NCBI GenBank assembly: GCA_049598575.1
Contig: JBMYNT010000002.1
Coordinates: forward strand, 699-64,698
DNA from: Candidatus Poseidoniaceae archaeon
GTDB lineage: Archaea > Thermoplasmatota > Poseidoniia > Poseidoniales > Poseidoniaceae
DNA length: 64,000 nucleotides
Direction of reading: 5' to 3'
The position numbers and the translations under genes were made by a program. Below the pieces are notes generated by a model that was not told the DNA's origin, did not search any database, and was given only the letters and a program-made list of their open reading frames with translations. This document shows, piece after piece, positions 29,166 through 39,185 of this stretch. Position 1 is the first letter of the stretch. Each line of letters begins with the position of its first letter.

Positions 29166-29747
29166 CTAAAACCAATCTTCCTTTGAAGCTGTGAGAAGAT
29201 CAACCAAATCAGCCTCAGTATCGATGTTTAGATGAAGCCAAGGGAAGTGAACAGGCATAGGCTTACGTTGAACCAAAGAGGAGAGAGGTGCATCACCTTC
29301 AGCCAAATAGACAGCCTTGACATCGTCTCCAACCATCAGCAATGGGTGGCCTCCACGATTGTTCCAAACAGGACATGTGGTCGTTTCTGATTCCAAGAGA
29401 TTGTTGACTAATTCAACACTCCAGCCAGGTCGATCTACGGGGACCAAAAGCACCTTTTTGGGCAAACGACCATTTCGTTCAAGAATGCTCGCAAGCCCAC
29501 ATTGGATGGATCCAGTCCGACCTTTTTCTGGGTCAGTGTTAAGCACGACATGAGCCGATGGGCAAAGCAGCATGATGTCCGCAAGTAGGTCGGTGTTCGT
29601 GACGACCGTCACCTCTGGATGCAATTGATGCAACCTGCTGATGAGTCGTTGAATCAACGGCTGACCATCAACATCCACAAGGGCTTTTGGCTGGCCAAGT
29701 CGAGAAGAGCGACCTGCTGCCAAGAGAATCACGTCAATTCCTCCCAT
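29166..29747 (-). CDS. mocA: MocA/MobA-like molybdenum cofactor nucleotidyltransferase
   Basis: ILLAAGRSSRLGQPKAL, PVDRP, GGHPL, NIDTEAD; adjacent to xdhC. Confidence 0.75.
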   Translation of the reverse strand: MGGIDVILLAAGRSSRLGQPKALVDVDGQPLIQRLISRLHQLHPEVTVVTNTDLLADIMLLCPSAHVVLNTDPEKGRTGSIQCGLASILERNGRLPKKVLLVPVDRPGWSVELVNNLLESETTTCPVWNNRGGHPLLMVGDDVKAVYLAEGDAPLSSLVQRKPMPVHFPWLHLNIDTEADLVDLLTASKEDWF

Positions 29748-29813
29748 GCTGCAACCATGGATGGAACGGTGTTGAGAATTTCGGTTCATATACGGTGGAA
29801 TTGAGAAACGAAT

Positions 29814-30476
29814 GTGTCGTTGGAATGTGAACTGAATCCGCATGAGAAATCCATGCAGTTTCTTCAAGAGGTTTGCAACATCGATGGAATCGAATTGATT
29901 GATTCAACCTCAATTTACAAGATTGTTGTGCGAGTTCGTGGCCGTTCAGGAAGGCACTATGAAGTTGAAGCTTCTCGTCCAATTGGGCTGTTCATGCAGA
30001 CCCCTTGGACAACTGAGGTGACAGGTGCTGCTCGGAAAAGAGATTTTGATTCCGAAAAAGCACGAGCCTATACAGCCAAATTATGCCTCAATATTCATGA
30101 AAACAAAGAGCATCTGCCCGTTGGGGATCGTCTTGCATCCCTTGCTCTAAGCTTACATAACGACGTCAAGTTGGCCATGGAAATACCACTTGTCGCGCAA
30201 TTCATTGTTTGCCCACGTGAAGAATTGTACCACGTCTTCACCTTCCAAGAAGAAATGGTGGTCACACAGGAAATGGTTGATGATAGCGCTCTGTATTTTG
30301 GTGGTAATCCTCAACATGCACTGGACTACATGGAAGAAGAACGTGAGATTGAACTGATCGATTTCCTTCCAGGCTTTTGGGACGTTGATGGTGATGAAGA
30401 ATCATTTGATTTGGATTCCATTCAAACACACTGGTTACAGGACGTATCTGACGATATCATGCAGCGGTTTGATTGA
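29814..30476 (+). CDS. Hypothetical protein with acidic C-terminus
   Basis: 220-aa ORF filling the gap; VRGRSGRHYEV...LCL...LPVGD motif; start uncertain (possibly 29853). Confidence 0.6.
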   Translation: MSLECELNPHEKSMQFLQEVCNIDGIELIDSTSIYKIVVRVRGRSGRHYEVEASRPIGLFMQTPWTTEVTGAARKRDFDSEKARAYTAKLCLNIHENKEHLPVGDRLASLALSLHNDVKLAMEIPLVAQFIVCPREELYHVFTFQEEMVVTQEMVDDSALYFGGNPQHALDYMEEEREIELIDFLPGFWDVDGDEESFDLDSIQTHWLQDVSDDIMQRFD

Positions 30477-30487
30477 ATCCGCTCGAT

Positions 30488-31636
30488 TCAAAGATTCTTG
30501 GTAATTTCTCGACCGATGATCATTCGCTGGACTTGACTGCTTCCTTCATAGATTTGCATGACCTTTGCGCCACGCATGAGTCGAGCAACAGGGTATTCCT
30601 CAGAGTATCCATAGCCTCCGTAGATTTGTACTGCATCGGTTGAAACTTGCATGGCCGTATCTGCTGCGAAGCGCTTAGCATGGGCCGCAGATTCTGTGTT
30701 CTTGATGCCAGCGTCTGCGTCTGCGGCGGACTTCCAGGTAAGCATTCGGCTCGCCTCGATGCTCGTTTTCATATCCGCAAGCATGAATTGGATGGCTTGA
30801 TGCTTGTGCAATGGCTTTCCGAATGTTTGGCGCTCGTTGCTGTATTGAAGTGCGTGTTCGTATGCTGCACGCGAAAGCCCGGTCGCATGTGCTGCAATGT
30901 TTGGACGGCTCAAGTCAAAGGCATTCATGGCATTCATCCATCCACCTGATTCGCTTTCACCAACCAATTGATTGGCAGGTACGCGGACGTTGGTGAACGT
31001 GATGCTACGTGTATCGCTGCAACGTTGACCCATGTTGGTCTCCTTTTTGCCAAGAGAGAGGCCCTCTGCATTTGCTTCGACAATAAATCCAGACATTCCT
31101 CGGTAACCTGCATCAGGATCTGTTTTCGCCAGTACGAAGAAGAAATCGGCATATCCTGCACCAGTAATCCACATTTTGGAACCATTGATGACGTACTCAT
31201 CACCATCTCGAACCGCTGTGGTTTGAATAGCGGCAACATCCGAACCAGCGCCAGGCTCAGTGACTGCATAGGATGCTAGGGCTCCTTCTTCAGCGACTTT
31301 TCGCAACCAGACGTTCTTCTGTTCCTCGGTTGCACCTGTAATGATTGGAGCGCATGCCAGTGCCGTTGCATATGCAGCAGTGGCGAAACCTGGATCGCCC
31401 CAAGCGAGTTCTTCGTTGACAAGGACTTCTTCCATGCAGCCTAGGCCTGGTCCACCGTACGCCTCAGGAATGTGGAGATTCAGCAAACCCATCTCATGAG
31501 CGAGTTGAATGGTTTCCTTTGGATACACGGATTCTTCATCCCAATGTTCGGCATGAGGGCGTATCTCGTCACGTGCAAACTCTCGAGCAAGTTCACGGAG
31601 CATCTCCTGCATTTCGTCCAATTGGAAGTCGACCAT
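30488..31636 (-). CDS. Acyl-CoA dehydrogenase
   Basis: SYAVTEPGAGSDV, INGSKMWIT, ERQTFGK, HQAIQFMLADM, QIYGGYGY, IYEGSSQVQR. Confidence 0.95.
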   Translation of the reverse strand: MVDFQLDEMQEMLRELAREFARDEIRPHAEHWDEESVYPKETIQLAHEMGLLNLHIPEAYGGPGLGCMEEVLVNEELAWGDPGFATAAYATALACAPIITGATEEQKNVWLRKVAEEGALASYAVTEPGAGSDVAAIQTTAVRDGDEYVINGSKMWITGAGYADFFFVLAKTDPDAGYRGMSGFIVEANAEGLSLGKKETNMGQRCSDTRSITFTNVRVPANQLVGESESGGWMNAMNAFDLSRPNIAAHATGLSRAAYEHALQYSNERQTFGKPLHKHQAIQFMLADMKTSIEASRMLTWKSAADADAGIKNTESAAHAKRFAADTAMQVSTDAVQIYGGYGYSEEYPVARLMRGAKVMQIYEGSSQVQRMIIGREITKNL

Positions 31637-31683
31637 GACGCTCCCAGTGGAAGGTCGGACATAAGTCTTGATTTTGGTTCAAC

Positions 31684-32787
31684 TCACCGATTGAGTTGTA
31701 AAACGACCAAGAAAATGAGATAAAACAGGACCAAACAGGTTCCTTCCCAACGCTCGAAGCGATAGGTTCGTCGCATAAAGAACAGAGCGAGAAGGACTCC
31801 AAGGACGGTAGCTGGTGCGATGATGTCCATGGTTAGCCCGTTGTCTTCAGGTGAGAGAGATAGAGGATGAATCATGGAAGCGATTCCCACGGACAACAGA
31901 GGGTCGGTGATGTTGGACCCAATGAGAGTCCCAATCGCTACACCTTTGCTGCGTTTTGCTGCCATCAATGCGATGGTGAGTTCCGGCAAGGAGGTCCCAA
32001 TTCCAGAGACAGTTGTACCAACTACGGAGTGTGGTACGTTCAACTTCAATGCAAGATCGTAGGCTTGCTCAACCAAGATGTTTGCAGCATAGACCGCAAA
32101 AGCAAGACCAAGGAAGATCATAATCAGATATGCAGCTGAACTCCAGTTTGATCCTCGAACTTCGTATTCACCGGATTCTTCAACCTCTTCTTGTCGTATT
32201 GCTTCGCGTTTCATCAACAACCAGACGATGTAGGCAACGTAGAGGGACGCAAGAATCGCTCCTTCCCATCGTGCAAGCTCGTTATTCGTCCAAACAAAGA
32301 ACAGAAGAAGAACCACAGCGAGAAGCATGATGACTCCATCACGGTTCAACCATGATGGACGAACTTTGACCGATCTCGTCATCACAACGATACCAAGGAT
32401 CAGTGTGATCTGGACGAGGACAGATCCGAGGATACTACCAATGGCAAAGTCTGCTGCTCCTTGTTTTCCTTGACTCGCTTCGTAGGCTGCGCTACCAGAA
32501 ACCAAAATCTCTGGAAGCGATGTACCAATCGATACGATGGTTAAACCAATCACGATTTCTGCAATTCCTGCACGTCGAGCAAGCCCCTTCGCACCCTCGA
32601 TGAAGAAGTCCGCACTCGTAATGAGTAGTCCAAGTGAAAGAAGCAAAATGATGCTGACAACGAACATCGAATTCGATTGCCCAAGATACTTCATCAAGAC
32701 AATCGCAAAAAAAAGCGCTCCAGTGATGAGCATGGCATTGAAGTGGATGAGTTGGGGAATTCCCATCAACTCATCCTTCTGCTCCAT
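31684..32787 (-). CDS. Calcium/sodium antiporter (YrbG/CaCA family)
   Basis: Two alpha repeats: SIGTSLPEI and GIGTSLPEL...GSNI. Confidence 0.9.
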   Translation of the reverse strand: MEQKDELMGIPQLIHFNAMLITGALFFAIVLMKYLGQSNSMFVVSIILLLSLGLLITSADFFIEGAKGLARRAGIAEIVIGLTIVSIGTSLPEILVSGSAAYEASQGKQGAADFAIGSILGSVLVQITLILGIVVMTRSVKVRPSWLNRDGVIMLLAVVLLLFFVWTNNELARWEGAILASLYVAYIVWLLMKREAIRQEEVEESGEYEVRGSNWSSAAYLIMIFLGLAFAVYAANILVEQAYDLALKLNVPHSVVGTTVSGIGTSLPELTIALMAAKRSKGVAIGTLIGSNITDPLLSVGIASMIHPLSLSPEDNGLTMDIIAPATVLGVLLALFFMRRTYRFERWEGTCLVLFYLIFLVVLQLNR

Positions 32788-32843
32788 AAACTCCCCATGA
32801 GTTATGGGTTTTGATGCTTCTGTACTTCTACGGAGGTAAGATG

Positions 32844-33479
32844 ATGTTCTCTGTTCAATTCGTCGATACGATGTGGAAGCGTGGCGGCATCGAAGCAACA
32901 GGGACCTTCACCATGGTCTTTGTTGGATGTGGAAGCGTTGCAATGGAGCGTTCACCGCTCGAAATTTCACTTGCGTTTGGAGCCGTTGTAGCTCTTGTCA
33001 TCGTTGGGATTGGTCGCTGGAGTGGTGCACATATCAATCCAGCCGTTTCAATCGCCTTCTGGTACAGAGGCAATCTTTCGACAAGCGATACGATAGCGCA
33101 TGTTCTCGGCCAATTGGTCGGTGCATTGTTTGCTGGTTTACTCCTGAACGGTGCAGGACCAACCGTGCGGAACACCACATGGGTCAATCTCATTGGAATT
33201 GAGATTCTGATCACATTCTTGTTGATGGCTTCCATTCTCTGGATTATTCGAAGAACACAAAAATGGGTTCTCATCGCTCTTGTGGTAGGTTCAACCGTTG
33301 CAATCCTTGCCTATGTTTTTGGCAAATACACGGGAGCGAGCATGAATCCAGCACGAACGTTTGGGCCAAATCTCGTTTCAGGTGACGGATTGATCATCCC
33401 GATTTACTTCATTTGCACAATTGCTGGAGCGCTTCTCGCCGTAGTCTTTGAGCGAATTATTGCATCAACTTCTGAATGA
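32844..33479 (+). CDS. Aquaporin (MIP family)
   Basis: SGAHINPAVS and TGASMNPARTFGP motifs; GGAGGT RBS; start may be 32871. Confidence 0.9.
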   Translation: MFSVQFVDTMWKRGGIEATGTFTMVFVGCGSVAMERSPLEISLAFGAVVALVIVGIGRWSGAHINPAVSIAFWYRGNLSTSDTIAHVLGQLVGALFAGLLLNGAGPTVRNTTWVNLIGIEILITFLLMASILWIIRRTQKWVLIALVVGSTVAILAYVFGKYTGASMNPARTFGPNLVSGDGLIIPIYFICTIAGALLAVVFERIIASTSE

Positions 33480-36042
33480 CATTGGTCACGTGTTCCACCG
33501 AAGGAATGGTGTGGTTTTCCAATGGAGGGGAGAACGGTACTGGTGTGTCGATGGCTCCGATGACGACTGGTTGTGTTTCAAGTTGATAGAACGTAGACTC
33601 GAGGATTCGAGATTGAATTGTGTGACCAAGACCGCCATGCCACTGGCCTTCTTGCAGGACGACCAGACGTCCTGTCTTTTGGACGGATGCGATACACGAT
33701 TCAGCATCGAACGGAAGCAATGTTCGCAAATCAACGATTTCAACATCAATTCCGTTTTCAGAGAGCTTCGATGCAGCCTCGGCTGCGATGTGAACCATGG
33801 CACCCCAAGTCACAATCGTAAGGTCTTCACCTTCACGGACAATGGATGCTTTTCCAATTGAATGGCGTTTTCCTTGTTCGATGGATGTATGTACAGATGA
33901 TGTGTCAACTTTCTGATTGATGTTTTGACCCCATCCGGTTTTTCCTCCACGAAGCCCATACAGTCCAATGTGTTCAAGGAACAAGACTGGGTCGTCAAGA
34001 TGGGCTGCTTCGACCAAAAGATCGTAGGCATCTTGTGGCGTTCCTGGGGCAAGGACGACCAGCCCGGGGTCGTTGGCAAACCACGATTCAATCATGTTCG
34101 CATGGAACGGACCGGAGCGAGTGCGTGCACCGAGGGGGACACGGATGGTCATCGGACAATCAGCACCCCAGCGCCAGCGCAACATTGCTGCATTGTTGAT
34201 GAGGGCATTGAAACCGAGAGCAGCAAATCCTCCAAATTGTATCTCAACCATTGGACGCATACCAGACAGAGCGGCTCCCACGCCAGTGTGAACGATGATG
34301 GCTTCACAAAGAGGCATATCGACCAACTTCTCTTGATGTCCTGCATTCTTCAGAGCCATGTTCATTCCAAATGCTCCTGCGACCTCCATATCTTCTCCAA
34401 TGAAGACACAATCCTCTCCATGCATGTTCGCAATGTCGACCATGGCTTGTTGAATGGCTCGAGCATACGTCCATCCACCGGATTCGACGTACTCCAGTGG
34501 TTGATGGGATGCTGTAGATTGCGTACTTGGGGCGGCTCCAATCGAGGCAAGGTGGTCATCATGCGTTCTCGCATCGTGGAGTGTTGTAACGCCCTTCGTC
34601 ACAGTTTCTGGCTCAGGCCATGCCATCGCTTCGACTGCTTGGCGAGCCTCATCAACATGCTGTTGTTCTTCAGATTCCATTGCAACGAGTTGGTCTTCGC
34701 TTGCACCAAGTGTTAGCAACAACTCACGGTGTGAGGGGATAGGGTCTTTGTTCGCCCAATATTCGAGGAGATCACGATCGACGTAACCTGGTGGCGTTCC
34801 AGTTTCAGAACCGAGATAGAGGTCATCGTGATGGTGTGCGTGACCGCAACCACGCATGGTTTCAACATGAATCATGGTCGGACCACCACCTTCGAGTCCA
34901 AATTCTCGTGCTGTTGCGACACTTGCATGCCACGCTGCAGGGTCAGAACCATCGATGGTCCATGCAGGGAATCCCATTGCTACGGCCTTATCTGCCCACA
35001 ATTCAACACCTGATTGGTGCGCAGGTGGTGTATCAAGTGCAATCTGATTGTTCTGAAGAATGTAGCAAATCGGCAGCCCTCGTGCACCTGCTAAGTTGAT
35101 GGCTTCCCAGTACTCTCCAGAGGACGAGGCTCCTTCTCCGATGCATGCAACGTGGAAACGATCGAGCGATTGTTTCCATCCTGCGAAAGCAAGACCCGTC
35201 ATGGTTGCACTGGCAATTGGAAGTGGAGCTGTAGGTGGAAGTACACCGACGTGCCAAGCACCGATGTGTAGATCTCGTCCTCCAGCACCATCGTGGCCAC
35301 CGTTTTGGTTTGAACCTGCCTTGCCCATTTGTGCGGCCATGACATCAACAACAGTGTCACCCATGGCGAGTGCAAGGCCAACGTCACGAATCATCGGTGC
35401 AACGAGGTCACCGTCGTAACCGTTTCCTGGCGTTTGTGATTTGTCTGGCTCATCGGTACGCTTCAACGCTGTAGCAACAGCAACAACACCTTCTTGCCAA
35501 GTTGAGCGGAATCCCTTCCCTCCAAACCGAGAGCCATCAGGCGTTTCCATACCAGAAAAGAACACTTCTTTGAGGTGCGCATCCATGGCGCGGGTACGCG
35601 TCATCATACGCTGCCATTCCATTCGCAGCTCCATCGTTGTCGACATGTAATGAGCCAAACGCCTGAGGCACAAACGAAGATCAACGATAAGATGCTTGAT
35701 TCGACGTTCAAGGTGCTCTACGATGGTTCTTCGTGGCATCACCTCTTCCTCGAGAATGGTCGAAATCTTGTGTGTGTTTTGCGCTTCAAACCCTCGCTTG
35801 AATGCATCAACAAAACGCTCACTGAACGTATGCCAAGATGCACCATCAAAGGAATGTTGACCGTCGACATGGAGATGATCCCAAATGTTGGCTGCCAAGA
35901 AAACGTGTCCTTCATGGCGTTCGGAAAAGAATCGCATCACTTCCGCACGAGCGGCATCCATGAGCAGCGGTTGTGTGAAGGTTAGCGCTTCACTTGGCGT
36001 CCATTCAGCACCGTGAATGACTGGTTGTGCACCTTGTGTCAT
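33457..36042 (-). CDS. Fused 2-oxoacid dehydrogenase E1 alpha/beta with N-terminal extension
   Basis: TPP motif CIGEGASSSGE...QNN, RGCGHAHHD, GEDM, EIQF, GPFH, IVDLRTLLPFD. Confidence 0.85.
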   Translation of the reverse strand: MTQGAQPVIHGAEWTPSEALTFTQPLLMDAARAEVMRFFSERHEGHVFLAANIWDHLHVDGQHSFDGASWHTFSERFVDAFKRGFEAQNTHKISTILEEEVMPRRTIVEHLERRIKHLIVDLRLCLRRLAHYMSTTMELRMEWQRMMTRTRAMDAHLKEVFFSGMETPDGSRFGGKGFRSTWQEGVVAVATALKRTDEPDKSQTPGNGYDGDLVAPMIRDVGLALAMGDTVVDVMAAQMGKAGSNQNGGHDGAGGRDLHIGAWHVGVLPPTAPLPIASATMTGLAFAGWKQSLDRFHVACIGEGASSSGEYWEAINLAGARGLPICYILQNNQIALDTPPAHQSGVELWADKAVAMGFPAWTIDGSDPAAWHASVATAREFGLEGGGPTMIHVETMRGCGHAHHHDDLYLGSETGTPPGYVDRDLLEYWANKDPIPSHRELLLTLGASEDQLVAMESEEQQHVDEARQAVEAMAWPEPETVTKGVTTLHDARTHDDHLASIGAAPSTQSTASHQPLEYVESGGWTYARAIQQAMVDIANMHGEDCVFIGEDMEVAGAFGMNMALKNAGHQEKLVDMPLCEAIIVHTGVGAALSGMRPMVEIQFGGFAALGFNALINNAAMLRWRWGADCPMTIRVPLGARTRSGPFHANMIESWFANDPGLVVLAPGTPQDAYDLLVEAAHLDDPVLFLEHIGLYGLRGGKTGWGQNINQKVDTSSVHTSIEQGKRHSIGKASIVREGEDLTIVTWGAMVHIAAEAASKLSENGIDVEIVDLRTLLPFDAESCIASVQKTGRLVVLQEGQWHGGLGHTIQSRILESTFYQLETQPVVIGAIDTPVPFSPPLENHTIPSVEHVTNVIQKLMQ

Positions 36043-36112
36043 GACCCCGCCCCGTGTTGGCCAAGAGGCACCTTGTATCAAGGCTATGGATTCATGGATT
36101 TGGCAAAATGCC

Positions 36113-36910
36113 TCACTCTTCTTCCCCGATAGCATCCTTGAGCACGCGAATTGAGGTACGCGTTACGAGAACAGTCGCCAAGACAGTTGCAACAATACCG
36201 AGGAGGAGTAAGAAGAGCCCTCCACTCGACTCGGCCAGGCCTGCCATACCTGATCGACTCAGAGCAATCGAGCCAAGAGCATGACCGTAGTACGCGTAAA
36301 TCAGGCAATAAATCAGACTTGAAAGATTCGATAGTAAGAAGACGCGAAGTGTCACTGGAGTAGCCGACATGATGTAGTTGAGCCACTCGTCAGGAAGAAT
36401 CGGTGAAAGACGTACTAAGACCGAGATGCGCATCGCATCTTCGCCCAGTGCAGCTTCGATGTTGAGCATCCTCTGATCGTTTTGGATGGCCTCTTGAATG
36501 GATTCTCGGAACAACCATCTTCCAAGAACGAATGCAATGAAACCTCCAATCATGGAGGCTACAAAGTTCACGGCAACAGCCACCCAGAATGGAAAAATTG
36601 CACCCGCACCGACCTTCACGAATGGTGTTGGTAAAAGAAGAACAATCGCCAACGAAAGTGCAATCGTGAACAATACAGGTGACCAAATTCCGAAACTCTT
36701 GATCCAATCAATGATGTTCGCAGCATCTTGAAACAAAAAGTAGCCTGCAACACCACAGAGAACCAATACTGCAAGACCAAACAATGCTCGCCATTGATAC
36801 AATCGAACCTTTTGTTGCTTCATTTGCTGGAGGTTTTTTCGACCATCGATGAGATGCAGCTCCGAAGGCTTCGGGAGTTGCGAAACCGATGGCCGTGGAA
36901 TCTTCTTCAT
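36113..36910 (-). CDS. TVP38/TMEM64 (VTT/DedA-like) membrane protein
   Basis: GAGAIF, AFVLGRWLFR, LVRLSPILP...NY. Confidence 0.85.
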   Translation of the reverse strand: MKKIPRPSVSQLPKPSELHLIDGRKNLQQMKQQKVRLYQWRALFGLAVLVLCGVAGYFLFQDAANIIDWIKSFGIWSPVLFTIALSLAIVLLLPTPFVKVGAGAIFPFWVAVAVNFVASMIGGFIAFVLGRWLFRESIQEAIQNDQRMLNIEAALGEDAMRISVLVRLSPILPDEWLNYIMSATPVTLRVFLLSNLSSLIYCLIYAYYGHALGSIALSRSGMAGLAESSGGLFLLLLGIVATVLATVLVTRTSIRVLKDAIGEEE

Positions 36911-36914
36911 ACCG

Positions 36915-37940
36915 TCATTCCTCTTCCGATTCAGGCAATGATGAGAGGACATCACCGAGCATTTCTGTTGCATCCTCTATTCGTGTCATGAGTGTGATAT
37001 CAGCGACGGCCCCTGGTCGTCCCAAATCCCACATCAATTCATGAACCATTTCTGTGGTCAGTCGTGTCATTCGCAAGACTTGAGGATCGATACGATCCAT
37101 ATCATCCTCAGGAAGGAGCGCAATTTGTTCTGGCACTTCATCGAGGATATCATCCATTTTTGATTCGATTTCATTTGCAATGTTTGCAGCTTGCTGTTCC
37201 AAAATCGATTCCATTCCACCTGCTGAAACGGGTGTTGGTTGCTCGTTCAAACCACCAAGAGATTTCTTTTTCTTCAAATCTTCAAACGATGGCCCCGTTG
37301 CTTCGCCTGCATCTCCACCTTCTTGCACGAGACGATTGAGAGCAACGCGAAGAAGATTGGACAAGTCCGTTGCTTCCAAATCCAAGTCAACATCCATTCC
37401 TTCTTCGCCCATTTGAACAAGAATTTCGTTGATGAAGGACTCGTTGATTCGGTCGGGTCCTACAAGCCCCTTGAGCATGGGTAACGCCCATCCCCCTCCA
37501 CCGGCCATTACCGCGACATCGAACGAACCACCTCCGGTGTCGAGCGTGACGTCTGCTGGAGGTGGAACGAATTGTTTGCGACTATGTTTCCAAAGTTGGT
37601 CGACAAGAACCTTCATGTCGACCGGTTTACCAATTACTTCGTGAATTCCAGCCTTCGCAGCGACCAACATGAAGTCTGGAGTCGTGGACCGAGACAACAA
37701 GACGATACGGCATTTGAACGCAAATTCTGGATCACCCATCAAACGTTGAGCAGCATCAATGGCATCGCCTGCTTTCCACTCACCATCAAGCAGAACCACC
37801 TCGGGCATGACGGCGAGGGCTGTTCCTTCTGCTTGACGCAGTGTTCCAGCCCGGGTAACATCAAATCCTTCACGTTCAAGCGTTGATGCGAGAAGGGTAC
37901 GACGACCCTGATTCTCGTCAGCAACGATGACCTTCCCCAT
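36915..37940 (-). CDS. Response regulator receiver domain with acidic helical C-terminal region
   Basis: KVIVADE, PEVVLLD, VLLS, VIGKP receiver motifs. Confidence 0.75.
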   Translation of the reverse strand: MGKVIVADENQGRRTLLASTLEREGFDVTRAGTLRQAEGTALAVMPEVVLLDGEWKAGDAIDAAQRLMGDPEFAFKCRIVLLSRSTTPDFMLVAAKAGIHEVIGKPVDMKVLVDQLWKHSRKQFVPPPADVTLDTGGGSFDVAVMAGGGGWALPMLKGLVGPDRINESFINEILVQMGEEGMDVDLDLEATDLSNLLRVALNRLVQEGGDAGEATGPSFEDLKKKKSLGGLNEQPTPVSAGGMESILEQQAANIANEIESKMDDILDEVPEQIALLPEDDMDRIDPQVLRMTRLTTEMVHELMWDLGRPGAVADITLMTRIEDATEMLGDVLSSLPESEEE

Positions 37941-37990
37941 GATGACCAAGAGGAAACGAGACCTCCGGCTCTTTGAACCTCACCCACAAA

Positions 37991-39145
37991 TTAGCCGTGA
38001 ACAATGTCTTCTGGAGCCATTTGACCCCATGCCATGATACCACCTGTAAGGTTGTACAAGCGACTGGAATCAATACCCGATTGGTTGAGCAACATAATGG
38101 CCATTTGAGAGCGCATACCACTTCGACACATGACCACAACATCACGGTCGCTAGGAACATCGTTCGCTACTGTATTCGCAACGTCGTGAATGACATGCAA
38201 ATCGAATGTTGCAAGGCGAACTTGTTGAAGTTCCTCATCACTACGAACGTCGAGAATGAATGGATTCCATCCTGTTTGTTGCTTTGCTTTCAATTCAGGC
38301 ACGGTGATGGATTGCATCATGGATTCTCCTGCAGCCACGTCTTCTTGAACTTGCTGAGGGCGTGGTGTGCAGTAGGTAGGGTCGTCAAACAACGCTTGAG
38401 CATGGGACAAATCTGTGATATCTGGCTTCGAATCAAGAGCACCAAATTGCAACGATTGCATAGTCATTGATTCTGCATCGTACAAGAGGAGGCGCCCTAT
38501 GAGGCTCGATCCCATACCAACGATGTGCTTGATGACCTCCGTCGCTTGAAGACTTCCGACAACCCCAGGAAGAACACCAAACACACCAGCTTCAGCACAG
38601 TTTTGCAGAGCTCCAGCCGGAGGTGCTTCGGGGAACAGATCCCGATAACGGCGGTCTTTTTCGGAGGAAAAGAACGAGACTTGACCCTCAAATCGGTGGA
38701 TCGAACCGTAGACCCAAGGAATCGAGAGAAGGTGACATGCATCATCGATCAAGTATCGTGTAGGAATGTTGTCCGTTCCATCAACAACGACGTCCCAGCC
38801 CTTGAACACTTCAAGTGCGTTTTCAGGACTAAGCCTCTCATTGTGCTCCATAATGTTCAGGTTTGGATCAAGTGCGAGAAGTTGTTCTTTGGCAGAATCA
38901 ACCTTCAACCGACCAACGTCCTCGGTTCGATGAAGGACTTGGCGTTGGAGATTCGAAATGTCGACCAAATCATCATCGATGACACCAATGGTTCCAACAC
39001 CAGCGGCAGCAAGGTAAAGAAGAACAGGACTACCAAGCCCACCTGCGCCAACAACGAACACTTTGGCCTTGGCCAACTTTTCCTGTCCCTCAATTCCAAC
39101 TTGTGGAAGGACAAGATGACGGGCGTGCCGTTGCAAATCGACCAT
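37991..39145 (-). CDS. moeB: Molybdopterin-synthase adenylyltransferase MoeB/MoeZ (ThiF + rhodanese)
   Basis: GAGGLG, SNLQRQ, DGTDN, NCAEAGV, C-terminal rhodanese CRSGMRS. Confidence 0.9.
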   Translation of the reverse strand: MVDLQRHARHLVLPQVGIEGQEKLAKAKVFVVGAGGLGSPVLLYLAAAGVGTIGVIDDDLVDISNLQRQVLHRTEDVGRLKVDSAKEQLLALDPNLNIMEHNERLSPENALEVFKGWDVVVDGTDNIPTRYLIDDACHLLSIPWVYGSIHRFEGQVSFFSSEKDRRYRDLFPEAPPAGALQNCAEAGVFGVLPGVVGSLQATEVIKHIVGMGSSLIGRLLLYDAESMTMQSLQFGALDSKPDITDLSHAQALFDDPTYCTPRPQQVQEDVAAGESMMQSITVPELKAKQQTGWNPFILDVRSDEELQQVRLATFDLHVIHDVANTVANDVPSDRDVVVMCRSGMRSQMAIMLLNQSGIDSSRLYNLTGGIMAWGQMAPEDIVHG

Positions 39146-39185
39146 GTTGATGCGTATTGATGCTCAATCAAATAGACATCGTTGC

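Noticed and set aside
37991..39145. MoeB lacking zinc-binding CxxC motifs as a pseudogene
   Set aside because: YRDLFP-type variants occur in functional MoeZ proteins; ORF intact with conserved Cys and rhodanese motif
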